Positions 1-14,244 are shown, counted from the first letter of the stretch. The stretch: DNA of 64,000 nt from Epiperipatus broadwayi (GCA_028023455.1 JAQFVV010000005.1:18290001-18354000), one strand, 5' to 3'. The notes: a model not told the origin generated them from the letters alone. Numbers and translations: made by a program.

Positions 1-1769
1 CAGTCTTATAAGGTCTCTGTCATAACTAAAATAAATAAAGATCAGATAGATCAAGTTGAGGTGTGTATGCAACATTGATTAGGTCTCTTTTTAGTCAACG
101 TATTTGTTTGTTCCAAGCCTTTCTGTTAACTTTTGAAATGAAGAGTAATAAAAAATATAAGTACAACAGATTGAACATATATTCATATAAAACTACAAAT
201 TGTTCACATTAGAATATCAACAAAAATAACAAAAAAATGTACTTAAAAATAAAGAAAGAGCAACATTATGATTGTCTGAATGTATGCCGACAATGGAAAA
301 TGATAAAAAATGGCTGACTGAAAGATGATTCACAATCACAATTATAAGAGTGGCTAAATATGTGAAAACATATGTATTAAAATTTATGGATTTCTATTTT
401 TTCCTTCTTATTTAATACTTTTTAAAAACTTTAAATTGCTGAAAACATGTTCAGTGAATAGACAGACCCAAAACTATTATACAGTCATGAAATGTATTTA
501 ATCTTATAAATAATTTACGAACAATATTAATCTTGAAAGTATGTTTAATACCTTTAAATAGATTCCTGGAAATAGCTTACAATTTAGTTATCATAATATA
601 TTAAAAAGTGTCTGAGTAATTTGGGAGTTGAAGAGTAACAGATTAAGGAGTTCAAATTTCTGTTATCATGGTCCAACTAGGTAACTTTCAGTAATCAGCT
701 TTATGAAATTATAAAGCAATAAAGCATTTGATTATACTTTAATTATAAAAAGTGTGACTTTAAGTAAATAAAGTAATGAAATTATTGTTAAAGGTATTAA
801 AGTGTAGGGAAAAAATTATATCTTGTTATGTGAATGAATTGGGTCCCGACAGTTTATAAAAATAAAGCACTTTGTCACTCTATGCTTATAATATTTATTA
901 TTATTCAAAATAAATATTATTATTCAATATGTAAAAGTTCTATAATAATCAGTGATACGGTACTGACTTATTAGAACAATAAAAAAAAGTTTCTTAATAA
1001 AATCAATCAATTCTATAGAAGTGAATATAGTTTTAATCCTTTCAGCTAGAAGCATGTGATGAGTGCTTGCATACATGTATTTAACAAATGTATGCTTAGT
1101 TTTCTACATGCCTATCTGTTTTGGATATATTTTCCATGATTTCTATGCATAATACCATGTCATAGTTTTAATCAGATTCTAACTAGTAAAAAAAAAACTG
1201 ACAAATGCAATCGAAAAAAAAAACCATTTTCAGGCAGGATTAGAATAACAATAATGAAATAATTTTCAAATGAACCTCACATTTTTTCAGATGAAATTTG
1301 ATATAATCAATATATATATATATTTACTTTTATGTCTCTACTATTTAATTTTTTCATCAAATAATACTTTTATTATATTTTAGACATTTTTTAATTATTA
1401 AAACATGATTCAAAATGAAAGGCTCACCAACATGTGTTAATAAGTATTACATTTTATTTTGCTTTGAAAGATGTACATAATATAAAAAAAAAATACATCT
1501 TTTAAATAAATAATACTAAAAAAACAAAACACAGGAGACACACAATTTTTGTTATGCAGAGCCGGAAGGATTAAAAATATTGTTTTGTTGGTTACATTTT
1601 AATGCTGGGCTAAATTTGTTTCTTAAACTAGAAGTTGCAATTAACCCTTCATATTATATTAAAAAATTAACTGGTATATATAATAAGCAACTCATTATAA
1701 AAAAAAAAGATCTAAACTTGTATAATTACTTGACTTTTCTGAAAAAAATAAAATCATCGTATTGAAAGA

Positions 1770-1884
1770 TTTTTTTTTTTTTTTTTAAGTGTCATAGCAT
1801 CGGTCGGGACGCGAACCCGCAACCCGGGCAACTGCCTGCTAGTGCAATGCAGTCGCGCTGACCTCTCGACCACCAACGCAAGAC
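1770..1884 (-). mobile_element. tRNA-Gly(TCC)-derived short SINE, copy 1 (GTCTT-leader subfamily)
   Basis: Minus strand reads GTCTT-GCGTTGGTGGTCGAGAGG...GGGTTCGCGTCCCGACCGATGC-TATGACACTT-poly(A). A-box and B-box are present, and the 5' end GCGTTGGTGG matches eukaryotic tRNA-Gly(TCC). It is flanked by a TSD, AAGAT plus a T-run, at 1766 and 1885. Confidence 0.85.
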
Positions 1885-1979
1885 AAGATTTTTTTTTTTC
1901 TAATTTATTATTGCAAAATAAAATTTCTTAATATACCCATTTTTAAATCAGTTTTAATTTTGACATTACCAAAAGAGAT

Positions 1980-4200
1980 AATAATTTGGAGACAAATCTT
2001 GTAGACAAGTTTCATGAATTACTCCAAAATAACTCACAATTTTTACTTTAAATTTATTCACTGACATAATTACATTATTATAATTAATGATAGTTAAAAA
2101 CTGATTCAGAGAGAACAAACTAAAAACTTGCAAGGTAAACTACAAGAGTTATATGAGAAGATGCTAATAAAGATTGAAAATAGAATCAAAAACCTGAATG
2201 TTCAACCAAGCTCAAGCATAAACTGTAGTGATGCAGAATAAACTAAAGTGAATGAAATGACTGTTTTTTTAAAAAATTTTACAGATCACAAACTTTTGAT
2301 ATGAGTACTTACTACCAGTAGTGAACCAAGTGAGAAAATGTATTAAAAAGTGTATGAAGGTGTGAAGATGAGAGAGACCCAATAGTCAGTCAGTGGTCAA
2401 ATTTACTCAAGTATGAGGATTCAAAAATCACATATGGGAAAAGTCCATTAGATCATCTGAAAAGTGTTAAAGAGCTATTGTTCTTTCACCAAATTTATGG
2501 AAAAGGAAAGGATTATGGTATTATGAAACCATTTATATGATGCTGACAAGAACTGGTGCATTGCTTAAGCTTCAATGCTGAATTATGGGGACTATCTCAT
2601 AGTTCTGTTGCATAGCTTTTAGAGAGAGGAATAACAGAACAGGTTATTACTACACCATGTATCTCAGGAAAGATATACTACAGTATCTGAAGAGATCCAT
2701 AACTAATTATTTTATTAGAAAATGGCTAAACTTAGTCAGCATTCCCATTATCAGAAGAGCAAAGCATCAAGACCATCAGATAATATGCCAGCTGTAATAC
2801 AACAAATAATGGTGGGACAAAACAAATGTAACATTGAAGAAATGACCAAATTACTACCCATCATTGACTTTGATAACCTTTCAAAGGAACCTCAAGATAA
2901 TATGAGAACAGATTAACTTAAGCTTCACACTGCAACTATACAGACATCATAGTTTACTGTATGAAACAAGATATGTATTCTAGGTAGACAACCTGACTTA
3001 AGAAGAAGTAAGAGCAGAAAAAATGACAATCATATTCAGAGCAAACAGTGATTCTCATGCCTAAGAATGAATTAGGAAACTAACAGAATTTCATTGGTGT
3101 GGTAAGGTTCTCATGTCCAGTATAGGAACATCATTATTTTAAAAGACTTATCATCATTATTTTAAAAGACTTATCATATTTATGACCTAACATTATATTT
3201 GATGACATTGAATGTTCACCAAATTGTCACCATCAATTTTGCTCCACAGTGAGCATGAAACTGAAAGAACTGCTAAAAATCACACTGCTGGACTCAGATA
3301 GCCAAATATCCTTAATCTCAAAGGATATATCTGTGTGTTAAAGCTCAGAGTCAAGCTTTTAACCCTGCCAACAAAGCAAACCCAAGTAATTTTAGCCAAT
3401 GAGAAAAAAGCCAAAATAGAAACAGCAGAGGCCTGGGTGATTTATCAGATAGGATCCCATGGTTTTGATTGTGTTCTTAATGATGCCTGTGTTGATTCAA
3501 AGTATAATTCTTGGATCTAACTTTCTATACCATCATAAGTGTACCTTTGATTACAATAAGACTCACCAAAATTAACTCTGAACAAATTATTTTTTCTGAT
3601 GTAGGTGAGTATAACTCTATACAAATCAACTGTATACAACTTATCACGAATACAAATAAAATTCAATCTAAAGTGGAAGAATATGCCTTTATTACCATCA
3701 CTGAGTGGGAAAATTTGGCAAGGATGTTTATGGAACATTCTTTAGTATCCTCTAATAAATAAAATATAATGCAAGGATATGGATACCATATTCATGTCAA
3801 GGAAGAGAGACCCACTTTCAGAGTCTGAACAAGCCTATCTCATTCCAGTAGCAAGATGAAGTGGACAACAACTGCAACAAATGAATAAATGGCATAATTA
3901 AAAAGTTATCTTCATACAGCAACCCCTTAGTAATAGTAAAGAAAAAATGGGTCAGTTAGTCTATATTCTAGGTGTTTGAATTCCATCACTATATCTGAAA
4001 GAGATTAGGGGCAAATCAATTTTTATAACTGTTGACCTCATATCCAGCAACTGGAAGATTCCCCTATATTCACAAGACCAAATATATACTCTATTTAGAT
4101 ATAGAGGACATACTTATATATTTAAATATATCCCCTTTGAACTGATCAACAGTGGGGCTGACCTTCTGGGATATTTTGGTTTAATCTTATTTAAGCAGCT
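1980..4200 (+). pseudogene. Decayed Ty3/Gypsy gag-protease-RT remnant
   Basis: Frameshifted, stop-ridden translation gives a protease-like LLDSDSQISLISK (about 3285-3320). RT N-terminal motifs follow: SSYSNPLVIVKKK-NGSVSLY..SRCLNSIT (about 3910-3990) and FITVDLISSNWKIPLYSQDQIYTLFRYRGHTYIFKYIPFEL (about 4020-4145). No LTRs recognised; boundaries approximate. Confidence 0.7.
3129..3174. repeat. 23-bp perfect tandem duplication
   Basis: CATCATTATTTTAAAAGACTTAT x2. Confidence 0.9.
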
Positions 4201-4269
4201 CATGTTTTTTTTAAAGAATGTCAGTTAAAAAATGTCACAGTAAACCTATAAAAAACTAATTTGTTAAAA

Positions 4270-4650
4270 TAGAAATTTCATTTTGGGAACATTTGATTAG
4301 TGGTCAGAGAATCAGTACTTATCCTGACAAGATTTTGGGTATTTAATACTTCTTCAAATTCATAAACATGAACAATTGAGATCTTTTTTGAGGTTATGCA
4401 ATTTCTACCAGTGCTTCTATCTAGACTTTACAAAGTGTATCATTGCTCCTTTTACTTCAGAAGGACCATTGTTAGAGCTGGGTATCCATATAGGATAGAA
4501 ACTTCAATCTTATTAAAAAAAGTTTTTGAAAATTATTTTTAACATATCCCATACCTCCAGACAGACATCAGGAGCCATAAATTTTATATTTCTGCAGCAG
4601 ATCCCTGGGGGATGCAGAGTTAAATTATACAGTAATTGAAAAGGAAGTTT
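4270..4650 (-). pseudogene. Possible decayed non-LTR RT N-terminal fragment
   Basis: Minus-strand translation PPGI..EI.KFMAPDVCLEVWDMLKIIF...PSEVKGAMIHF only weakly resembles the LINE RT KxPGxDGI / PxxWK region. Confidence 0.3.
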
Positions 4651-5850
4651 GTGAAATTGTGTAGGGTTTGATCCAAAATTTTTGTTTTCTTTCCTTTCAT
4701 CTTTTGTTGTCATCTATTTTTTGTTTGTTCTATTTTCATGTGTAATAATAATAAATATTGGCATTTTCTTTAGCTGGTTTCTTTTTGAGGGAATAATGAG
4801 AATATAAAGGTAAATATATGCATTTGCATATATTGGCTTAATTTTTGATTAATATTTTTAGCTAGAACCATTTGTGTTTGTGAAAATTAAGTTATATAAA
4901 GTATATTTAAATGTTCATACAAATTAACATTATTTTAAGTGATACATGTGGTGTACAGAAAGTAAGAATATAAATAAGATCAGATTTGTTAAAAAGTATT
5001 TTAATTAAAATAATTATATTTTATTACATTAATACGTAGCTATTTATCCATTTTCTGTTATTATAATTATTAAAACTTAAAAGAATGACAGGAATTTGAT
5101 TCAGCTCAATTTTAATGAGAGGCTAAGAACAATTTGCTTTTGTTTATACTTTCATATTAAAAGCTTTTAATCTTTATTTGTAGCAGGTCTTATTTGTTTC
5201 TTTCATCATTATGTTGGATTAAGATTAAAATGTGTACAAAACTATTTGGTTAAACATAAATAAGGTGAACAGAAGAATAAATTCTTTGGAGAGATAAGGA
5301 ATTGAATTTAGATAGAGAATCTTAGAAATTTCCCATAGAAACATTTCCTTATATGGACAAAAATTCCATTAATCGTTGTCAATTAGAAAATCTTCTGGAA
5401 ATCTTTTATTCAGAGTTTGTAAAATAGGTTTTAAAGATTCTTAAAGTCAATGGCCACTGGAAATTCTGCAAAAGGAACCACAAAAATTGTAATGCAAAGA
5501 ATCATCAGCTAGAATAACAGATCCTCTCTGATTGGCTGTTCTTCTGATTAACGTAGCAGTTCCAGCACAAACTATGCGTACATCTATTATTGAAAAGCAT
5601 ATGCCATATGCTAGTTTCAAAATTATCAAGTGTCAACCATTAACAAAATTATATATGGAAGAAATAAAATGCTCTGTCAATGAAGAAGCTCATTATGTTA
5701 AAAACAAATTCACCTAAAAAGTATCCTGTTATGAATTCAAGTGAAACTGTGCCATGTGTACACCTAAACATAGTTATGTTTCAATTCTGGACCTCATCTG
5801 CATATATAAGCAATTGATCAGCTTTGAACTATAACCTTAAACTTTTGCTT

Positions 5851-6036
5851 TGGTAAAATTATCAATTTAACTTATATTTTCACTCCCCCTTTTAATAATT
5901 TTTAGTATGCTATTTATTAGTAGTGATTCTTAATAAGACCCTAATGGTAAAATTATCAATTTAACATATTTTTTCTTTCCTTTTTAGTAACTTTTAATGT
6001 AATATTTAATGATCTTAAGATCATTAAGACCCTAAT
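5851..6036. repeat. Diverged tandem duplication, unit about 94 bp, 2 copies
   Basis: TGGTAAAATTATCAATTTAAC starts at 5851 and 5945; both units end TAAGACCCTAAT. Confidence 0.8.
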
Positions 6037-6704
6037 TCTATGTCTTTTCTTGTGTTTTATAATGTTATCATAACTATAATATTATCACTATTATGCATTT
6101 GAATTTCTTTATTAATAACATTAGAATATATCAATCATTACTATGTATATGAGTTTCTTTATTAATAGCATTAGGATATACCTCCTACTTATTTAATACA
6201 ATATAATTTACAAGTGCAGTTTTCATTAATAATTTTAATCAATCTTTAACATGTGCTGTTCAATTCTGTTACTAACAACAATGTTATAGAGACTTTTAAA
6301 ATTTAAGAATGGCCATCTTATCTTTGAACCTAAATGCAATTTGTGTTTGGGTTTGGGAGTGCCCTGTATACTCACTATAACATCGGTGAGTTAGTAACAT
6401 GATTGGACAGTAAATGTCAAAGGTTGATTACTTTCCAATTAAAGAACTACTACCTAGTTGTTATATTATATCATATAAATATATATTTTTATATGAATAT
6501 TATTTAACAGAGAGTGTGACATTTATTATTATTTTATAATTAAATCATAATGCATAATTTATAAATAATTAGAATATCGCATCCTACTTCACCAATTCTG
6601 TTTATAAGGTGATTTTTTTTTAAATAGTTTTAAGTGGGTGATCATAAATTTGACTCATTTTCAAAGTTATAAATTGTGAAAAATAAGCTTAACTATTGAT
6701 AAAA

Positions 6705-6817
6705 GTCTTGCATTGGTGGTCGAGAGGTCAGCGCGACTGCCTTGCACTTGCAGGCAGTTGCCCGGGTTGCGGGTTCGCGTCCCAGCCGATGCTATGACAC
6801 TTAAAAAAAAAAAAAAA
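6705..6817 (+). mobile_element. tRNA-Gly-derived SINE, copy 2
   Basis: The acceptor stem GCATTGG (6710) / CCGATGC (6786-6792) pairs. A/B boxes and a poly(A) tail are present. TSD AACTATTGATAAAA (6691-6704) vs AACTATCGATAGAA (6816-6829). Confidence 0.85.
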
Positions 6818-6928
6818 CTATCGATAGAAACCAAAATTGAAAGTTATATTATAAAAATTTAATCTAAAAATAAAATCTTACGTGGAAATAATTTAGTCAA
6901 AATAAAATATATGATTATAATAATTTCA

Positions 6929-7031
6929 GTTACAGCCGAGAGGTCATTGCAGCTGCCTTGCAAGCAAGTAGTTGGTTGCAGACGGTTGTGGGTTCGCCTC
7001 CCGGCCGATGCTATGCCATATTAAAAAAAAA
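6929..7031 (+). mobile_element. tRNA-Gly-derived SINE, copy 3 (longer variable-region subfamily)
   Basis: AGCCGAGAGGTCA...GCTGCCTTGCAAGCAAGTAGTTGGTTGCAGACGGTTGTGGGTTCGCCTCCCGGCCGATGC plus A tail; homologous to the other copies. Confidence 0.8.
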
Positions 7032-7089
7032 GTACCTGAATGTGTATCAATTTTCATAAAATTACACAGAGTAATTGCATGAGCCAAAT

Positions 7090-7560
7090 TCTAGATCACA
7101 ATCAAAGAGCAATTGATTTTTCTGTTAATGATTGCCGGATAGACAAATACCTGCCAGATGTTTGATTTCATCAAGTTCTTAGTCGATGCAGAGATTCTTT
7201 TTAATTCTTCAACAATTTACACTTGTATAATAATCGTTAATATGACATGTGATGAAAGTGTTGCCATATCTAGTCTTCATAAAATAATTAATTTCCACTT
7301 AAATTAATGCCACATTAATGATACTGGATTTCAATAAATGTTTTCTAGTCAGGCTTTTATTATAAGTTCCTTATTAATGATTTGAGCAGATGATTATTTC
7401 CTGCTGAATGTCTGTAATTATATATACCTGATGCAGCCTTTAACCCATGTGACTATATGAATACAAGCATACCACACACATATTTATTTATTATGTTAAG
7501 AGTCATAAGTGATCCTCAGATATTTTGTTAATAGGGTATTCCTTTTTACAGCCTAGAGTA
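7090..7560 (-). pseudogene. Possible decayed piggyBac-like transposase fragment
   Basis: Minus-strand fragments NDYYTSV-KLLKN (compare piggyBac DNYYTSxxL) and ASGIYNY..SAG (compare GYxxNFxIYxG) occur in the expected order, but are heavily frameshifted. Confidence 0.3.
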
Positions 7561-8092
7561 AATGAGCTGATTATATTGTTTTATTAAAGTATATTTTGAA
7601 GTTCCAATCAATACTAAGAAATATTTGAATCTGTAGATTATTATACGATTGTGTTTATTTGTAGGTGTAGCTGATTTTTATTATGCCAAGTCTTAAATTG
7701 ATTATACTTGATAGTTAAGTATTTTGCTTATAAGAGTATCATTAAGTAGAGCTACGATTTCATCCAGATATAATTAGAATGCATTAGATGTTATAAATAG
7801 CATTGTGTCCATGTCTTGCACACATGTTGTCTCACCAGAAGTAGAATTTGTACCACAGAGAATTTAAGTTAAATGTAGCTATTATGAATAGAGTGCTGAG
7901 TTCATGATTTAATGAGGAAGAAGAATTAAGATAGTAAACAAATAATTAGCATCTAATGATGGATCAACACATTCATTAAGGTAAAAAGAGATGGTAATTT
8001 TAGTTCATGCACCAATATATTTTGTTTTTAATTTGTTTCAAATTCATATATTTTATTACCTGCTAAAGCTTAAATCCATAGATTATATACAA

Positions 8093-8560
8093 TAGGGGTG
8101 GCCAACTTTTGTGTTCATAAGATCTACTTTTTATTTTAAAAATGTGTGGCGATCGACTTGGTGTCATAGGCGTAGTCTAAGTGGAGGGAGGTGTTAAATA
8201 CATACTATTTTTATATATCTACATAGTAAAAAATAATTATTTAACGGGCCAAAAAACTTATGTCCGGAGGAATTAAAGCAACATGAGTAATTATTAACAA
8301 TATTTATTAATTCAAATTAGCTACATTAAATCAAGATTAAAAATATTATTTTCAATAATGATACGGCTTAGTGGACTTCATCTATCTAGAACTGAAAAAA
8401 AATTTAGAACAAAAACAAAAATATAAAAAAAAACTTGAAAATTTTGACTTAATTTGTTTCACTCATTACCTGACAGCTCTTACCAGATTGGCTTCGCGAT
8501 CGACCAAAAATGGCTCTGCGATCGACCAGTGGATCAAGATCGACTTCTTGGACACCCCTG
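8093..8560. mobile_element. hAT (Charlie-like) MITE, 468 bp
   Basis: Terminal inverted repeats TAGGGGTGGCCAA (8093) and TTGGACACCCCTG (8548-8560). 8-bp TSD ATATACAA (8085-8092) / ATATATAA (8561-8568). Subterminal GCGATCGAC motifs at both ends; no coding capacity. Confidence 0.8.
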
Positions 8561-10789
8561 ATATATAACAACACTTTGTGTTTAAACCCTTATTGAGCTA
8601 ATAAGTCCATATCTATTATTACTGAATCAATTAAATCAATCTTGAATCCAATTTAAATAATTTAGTGCTGTTATAATGATGTAGATCATGTAAATAAATT
8701 ATTATTGTTACCTGTATTCGAATCCCAATTGATTTATTGTAACATTTGTTTTTTAAAAGTTCATAGATATTATAAATTACCCATAACCATGCTATATGTA
8801 ATTGCTTAAACAATAAAATATTATTATACACATTATCGAAGAGTATTTATCTGATTTTTCAGTAGTTCAGTATTTTTCATATTTCCATGTAAAGATTCAA
8901 ACACTCTCGTATCTCCCTGACCTAGAAAAATATTAATAAGAATGGGCTGGTAACATTAAGTGCTGTAACTTAGTAAAGATATCCAGAGAGCTAGAGGTAA
9001 TGATGTTGTACTGTGTTTATATTGTTTGTGGCAATATCTATTCTTTTATGTGTTACACACATATGCATATAAGTTAGATAGTGATTTCCTGGTTCTTAGG
9101 ATTATCAACTTTACCAGGCTGAAAATCTTGACTGTTACAAAATATATATAAATAAAACCATAGGTGCCAACAGCATATGTAAATCACATTATCACAGCCT
9201 CATGCTTGAATAAGCTAATAGAATATTAGCAATATGTTGTCAAGACAACATTACAATTAGATATGTAAATTGTAAACGGATATATATATATATGTTGAGA
9301 ACAATCTAAAATCAAAAATAAAATTATAGATTTTAAAAAGAGAGCTGCATACTAGAGCAGTGATATGTAAAAGATAAAGTATGTTTGATAATATAAATAT
9401 TACTAAAAACAGAATTTTTCTGTTTATTAATAAGTCATTCTACATATTTTTTTCTTTCATCAATTTCAATTTCTTAAAGATAATGTACAGCAATCTCTCT
9501 TGGGATCTTAATGAGCTTCAGTATCTGTTTCTATTTTAGAATTCATTAAATGAAATATTATTATGAAAATAACAACAAACAGATTATTATACATTTTGAA
9601 TTCATAACACGGCATTAAGCTGAAGATAAATGCACTGAAATGACATTTGCTTGGATATTTCATTTCAATTACTATATATTTTAATATCATGTGATTTTCA
9701 AACTTACATAAGAATCATATGCAATAACTAATGTATCCTACTATTGCAAAGAGCTAATTAAAGATTTGTTGTAGTATTAAATATTAAGATGCTACAATAA
9801 ATTGGGTTAGTAGTTAGATACCAATTTAATGCCAGTAACTGAATGGCTTGCTGGATTTTCTAAATATCTATTATCTAAAAAAAAGCTAGATTAAAAATTC
9901 AGTTTCCTAAAACAAAAAATAACTTTCATCAGTATTCAAACCCAGGGCATGTGCACAGCATCACATAGTAATTTGACCATTTATTTCAGGACCACCTGAT
10001 GAAGTCAGAGCCTGAAACATGGATCACATTGAAATCAGCAATGGTAATATGTAAAAGAGTAGAAATATCTCTAGAGATACATGAAGATATTAACATCACT
10101 TCAAATAATTACATATTGAAGCCATTAATAAATTATTTATTTATATAATATGAAATCTTATAGTATTGTCTTGTGCATTAATATTAAACCATTAGAAATA
10201 ATACTGTATTAAAATTAGCACTAATTTACAAACATTCAGACTGTAGCATCAAATTGAGCATAGTGAGTGATATTTAAATAAAAACAATGTTATTGTTCTG
10301 ATAGAGGATTGGTTGATTTTTAATTAATATGGTAATGTGTAAAAGGTTAGAAAATTCTTTAGATGCTGCGTGAAGAGTCAATATTGGCTTCAAATAATTA
10401 CATAGTTATGGTATCATTAAATCATTTATTTGCACACACATATATATATATATTGAAATGGAATATATTTATATACACAGCAAAATCCAATTTTTATTAT
10501 TTTTGTTTATTTATATTTACATTTTTAAAGAAAAATTAATAATAAAAAATATTAATAAAACATCATAATATTTTCATTAAATTTTTCATTGATTAGAATA
10601 TTTTAATCTAATTAATTCAAATTTATTTAATAATGTTTCATCACATATAAAAGAGAAAAAAATAAAAATTCTTAATAATTACGATGGCTAATATATTAGT
10701 ATTTTTACTGGCTACTTCATTTTCTTAAATAAAATATTAATTTTATCATTTTATGTTTAGAGTTTTAAAATGGAACAAATATTTTCTTC

Positions 10790-11457
10790 CCCAACTAAAT
10801 TGAGGTAAAATATTTATTTAAAAAGTATTACCGAAAGATTCATTATAATGAATTAGAAGAAGTTAATAGTTACAAATACCTTGGTCGGATTATTAATACA
10901 GATGGAAACATAATGGAGGAAATTAATCATAGAATTAAACTTGGTTGGAGTGCTTTTGGTAGAAATAACTTGATACTAAAAAGAAATATGCCTATGGGTT
11001 TGAAAAGGAAGTTTTTAACAAATGTGTTTTACCAGTTCTTACTTATGTATCTGAGACTTGGACACTTAATAGAAGAGCAATATAAAGATTTCAGACCACT
11101 CAAAGAAGTATGGAGAGATGTATGTTGGGAGTAACAAGAAGAGATTGAAAATGCAATGTATGGGTAAGAGAACAAACAGGTGTAACTGACCTCATTGAAA
11201 AAATTAAAAGATTGAAGTGGAGTTGGGTTGGACATATTGCTAGAAGAGATGATAATAGATGGACAATTGAAATTTTAAACTGGATTCCAAGAGATTGTAA
11301 AAGACCCAGAAAGATACCACATGTGAGATGGAGGATGAAATAAGAAAGTGTGCAGGGGTGATGTGGAGAAGAGAAGATAAAGATAAAAGAAGATGGAATA
11401 AACTTGGAGAGACCTTCATCCTGCAGTGGAGTGATAATGGTTGATGATGATGATGAT
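10790..11457 (+). mobile_element. RTE-clade LINE, 5'-truncated 3' fragment
   Basis: Translates (with frameshifts) to ELEEVNSYKYLG...EEINHRIKLGWSAFG...KWSWVGHIARRDDNRWT..ILNWIPRDCKRPR, the typical RTE C-terminus. Ends in a (GAT)n tail. Confidence 0.9.
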
Positions 11458-11803
11458 CACTCTGTTCAAATAAATTGAGAGAAGGAATATATGAGGAAAG
11501 ACTTTATAAAATGAATTATCCATAAAAGCATATTATTTGGTTTAAAATGTATTCAACAATGTTTCAGCCTTGATAATATAAACATTTTATAACTATTAGA
11601 TGAAATAATAGAACATGAAAAAAGTAGGGTGTATTTAATTGCCAGTTTATATAATAAGTAAAGAAAAATTTACCTGAAATTTTGTCTAGCATTATTTACT
11701 TATCCAGATAAGAATAAAATAAAAAATAACCTTAATTTACATATCAGATCGTTTAGGTTTAATGCCCAAATTGCTACTTTTGCCAAGAAAAGGGGATCTT
11801 CTA

Positions 11804-11899
11804 GTCAAGTGTTGTTAGCCACTGCCTTGCAAGCAAGCAATTGGTTGCTGGGCAGTTGTTGCGGGTTCATCTCCCAGGCTGATGCTATGACATGGAAAA
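11804..11899 (+). mobile_element. tRNA-Gly-derived SINE, copy 4 (D-arm partly deleted)
   Basis: GTCAA leader. Perfect 16-bp TSD AAAAGGGGATCTTCTA at 11788 and 11900. Confidence 0.85.
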
Positions 11900-12054
11900 A
11901 AAAGGGGATCTTCTAAATCACTAGCTTTTATATATAATAAGACATTTAAATACCAACAACTTGCAAAAATGAAATTAATTACATTTTAAATATTGACAAT
12001 AATAATGTAATTGTAGCATTATTTCTATAAAAAAAAATCACTAATTACTCTTTT

Positions 12055-12247
12055 AATTATAAATTTATTTAACTCACATTACATACGTAATATTTACTAA
12101 GGCAATAAACCTCAAGAGTGTATGCTTGAAAATGCGAAGGTATGGACCTCTGCAGGTCTTAACCACGCTTGTGGTTAAGACCTGTAGAGGTCCCTACCTT
12201 CGCATTTTCAAGCGCACACTCTTGAAGTTTATTGCCTTAGTAAATAT
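12055..12247. mobile_element. Fold-back insertion, family P1 (putative non-autonomous PLE derivative)
   Basis: 79-bp arms 12088-12166 / 12171-12249 around a GCTT loop. 13-bp TSD TAATTACTCTTTT at 12042 and 12248. Unpaired extension 12055-12087. Same family at 16160-16875 and 52960-53078. Confidence 0.75.
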
Positions 12248-12634
12248 TAATTACTCTTTTTTAAAAAGCCTATTCATACAATTGAAAACATTACTAAGAT
12301 AATTCACAGCCAGATCACCAAAGAATCATTTAAATGAACTTGCAAATAACATTCACCTTTTCTTATATCAATACCAATCTATTTGGCAGATAAAAACTTC
12401 ACTTTATCTGGATGCAGTTTGTTACAATCAATCTTTGATACTTAAAAAGACTGAAACGTTTCATTAGTGGTATATTTTAATCAAGTCAGCTTACAGTTTT
12501 AAATATGGATTCATATGAATTTTCAATTAATTTTAAAAAGCATATAAATAACTTTGCAGCTTACCAAATATGTAACACTGATAATATAAATCTATTCATG
12601 AACTTATAATCCATAAAGTTATTTAAAGGTTTAA

Positions 12635-13066
12635 AATTGTAATACATTAAAGATCAGCCATTCAAGCTATTGTGCATGTGCTTTTTATGAGTGTTAATAA
12701 TAAATGAATACTTTCATTCCTAACATGAGATATAGCATTTATGAAAGAATAAAATGAATCCACTTATTCTTTCCAACCCAGATAATTTCGTCGATGTCAT
12801 TCATTCAGATATCATAAACAGTAATTTAAAGTGAGTGGTTTATCCTCACGCTTTCATTTCCAGTACTTAAGATTTGCCCATATATAAGCATTTGGGTCCG
12901 AAAGAATAAGTGGATTCATTTTATTCTTTCATAAATACTATATCTTGTGTTGCGAATGAAAGTAACCAGTTATTATTAACACTCGTAAAAAGCGCATGCA
13001 CAATAGCTTGAAAGGCTGATCTTTAATGTATTACAATTATAAACATAGGCTATATAAAATAAATGC
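12635..13066. mobile_element. Fold-back insertion, family P2
   Basis: Inverted arms about 12635-12780 / 12893-13042 with a spacer of about 110 bp. 16-bp TSD TTATTTAAAGGTTTAA at 12619 and 13067. Unpaired 3' extension 13043-13066. Confidence 0.8.
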
Positions 13067-14244
13067 TTATTTAAAGGTTTAAGAGAATTTTATTTTTAAT
13101 AATCTTGAAAAAAATTCAAAGAACTAATTTTTGCAGAGACTATATTCTATCCTCTGGTATATATTTAAATTATATTTTATTCTAATTTATTATTGCTTTA
13201 CATTTAGTTAGGGACTTGGCCTTTCCCAAGATTATTAAAAATGAATAATTACTGACTCTGGTATGGGAAATAAATTAAGACCAAAATTGCATTATTATTA
13301 TAAACATTTAAGATACCATTAATTTCAGCCTCATAAGTTATTGATGTCTGAACATATTATATATAAGATTTAATAGTTACTACAATAATATTCTTTGGGA
13401 GGGAGGGGGGAAATTAACAATTGCAAGACTTTACCATGCTTGTTCTTGTGGAAATTGTAATATATGATGTGAAATTGATTTCAATTAAATTTAACTATAA
13501 GTAATCATTTTTTATATATGCACATACATAGTATAGTGATAAAATAAATAATGTTTTTTGGCATAATGACTGAGTTTACATCAACTTAATTTATTTACAG
13601 ATTTTTGTGTGTTATTTATTAAAATACATATATGTGTATATCAAAGCATGAACAAAACTGAAACATGTTTGGAAATAAAGAAATCATTGTAAAAATTTAG
13701 AGATATTCCAGAATGGAAGATTATGTATAAACATTAAATTAGCATAGCTTAATGTACATGTAATAAGGAGACATATATAAGTTCACTGTGAATTTTCAAA
13801 CTTTTAAACATCAAAAGCTTAAAGAATAGATGAGTCCTTTCTATTCTTGATCTTTTCTAAACATAATATTAGTTGTTCATAATGTGGAGGAGAATGGATT
13901 GCTCTTCTTAATCAAAATAAGACAATTTCAACCAGGTCTCTTGTACTTCCAGAAGAAGTGGTCAAGTATCTACTTTTTCTTTTCTTCAGGTTTCCAATTA
14001 TTAATTCCTGCTTGATTTTAAAAATGATGTTATTAAAAGTGATATCTCAATCTTTGAGTAATTGATTTTTAGTTTAATAATTATTAATGACACATTTCAT
14101 TTGGATAATATATTCAATTCAGTCTGAATTTTCATAAATGTAAGTAAGGATAAGCTTATAAACATTAAAATCTTAAAGAATAGGATATTTAAAAAGAGAA
14201 TTATTAAAGTTTGTAAATAGTTCTTGTTAAAGACATATCTAAGA

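Noticed and set aside
5281-5800. Coding-like segment (ORFs 5447-5629 and 5532-5717)
   Set aside because: Probably a decayed TE ORF, but no diagnostic motif was found in any frame.
9975-10030. CTGATGA-AGTCAGAGCCT-GAAACATGG hammerhead-like core
   Set aside because: Stem I cannot be formed in either type I or type III topology and U16.1 is not in place; at best a decayed relic.
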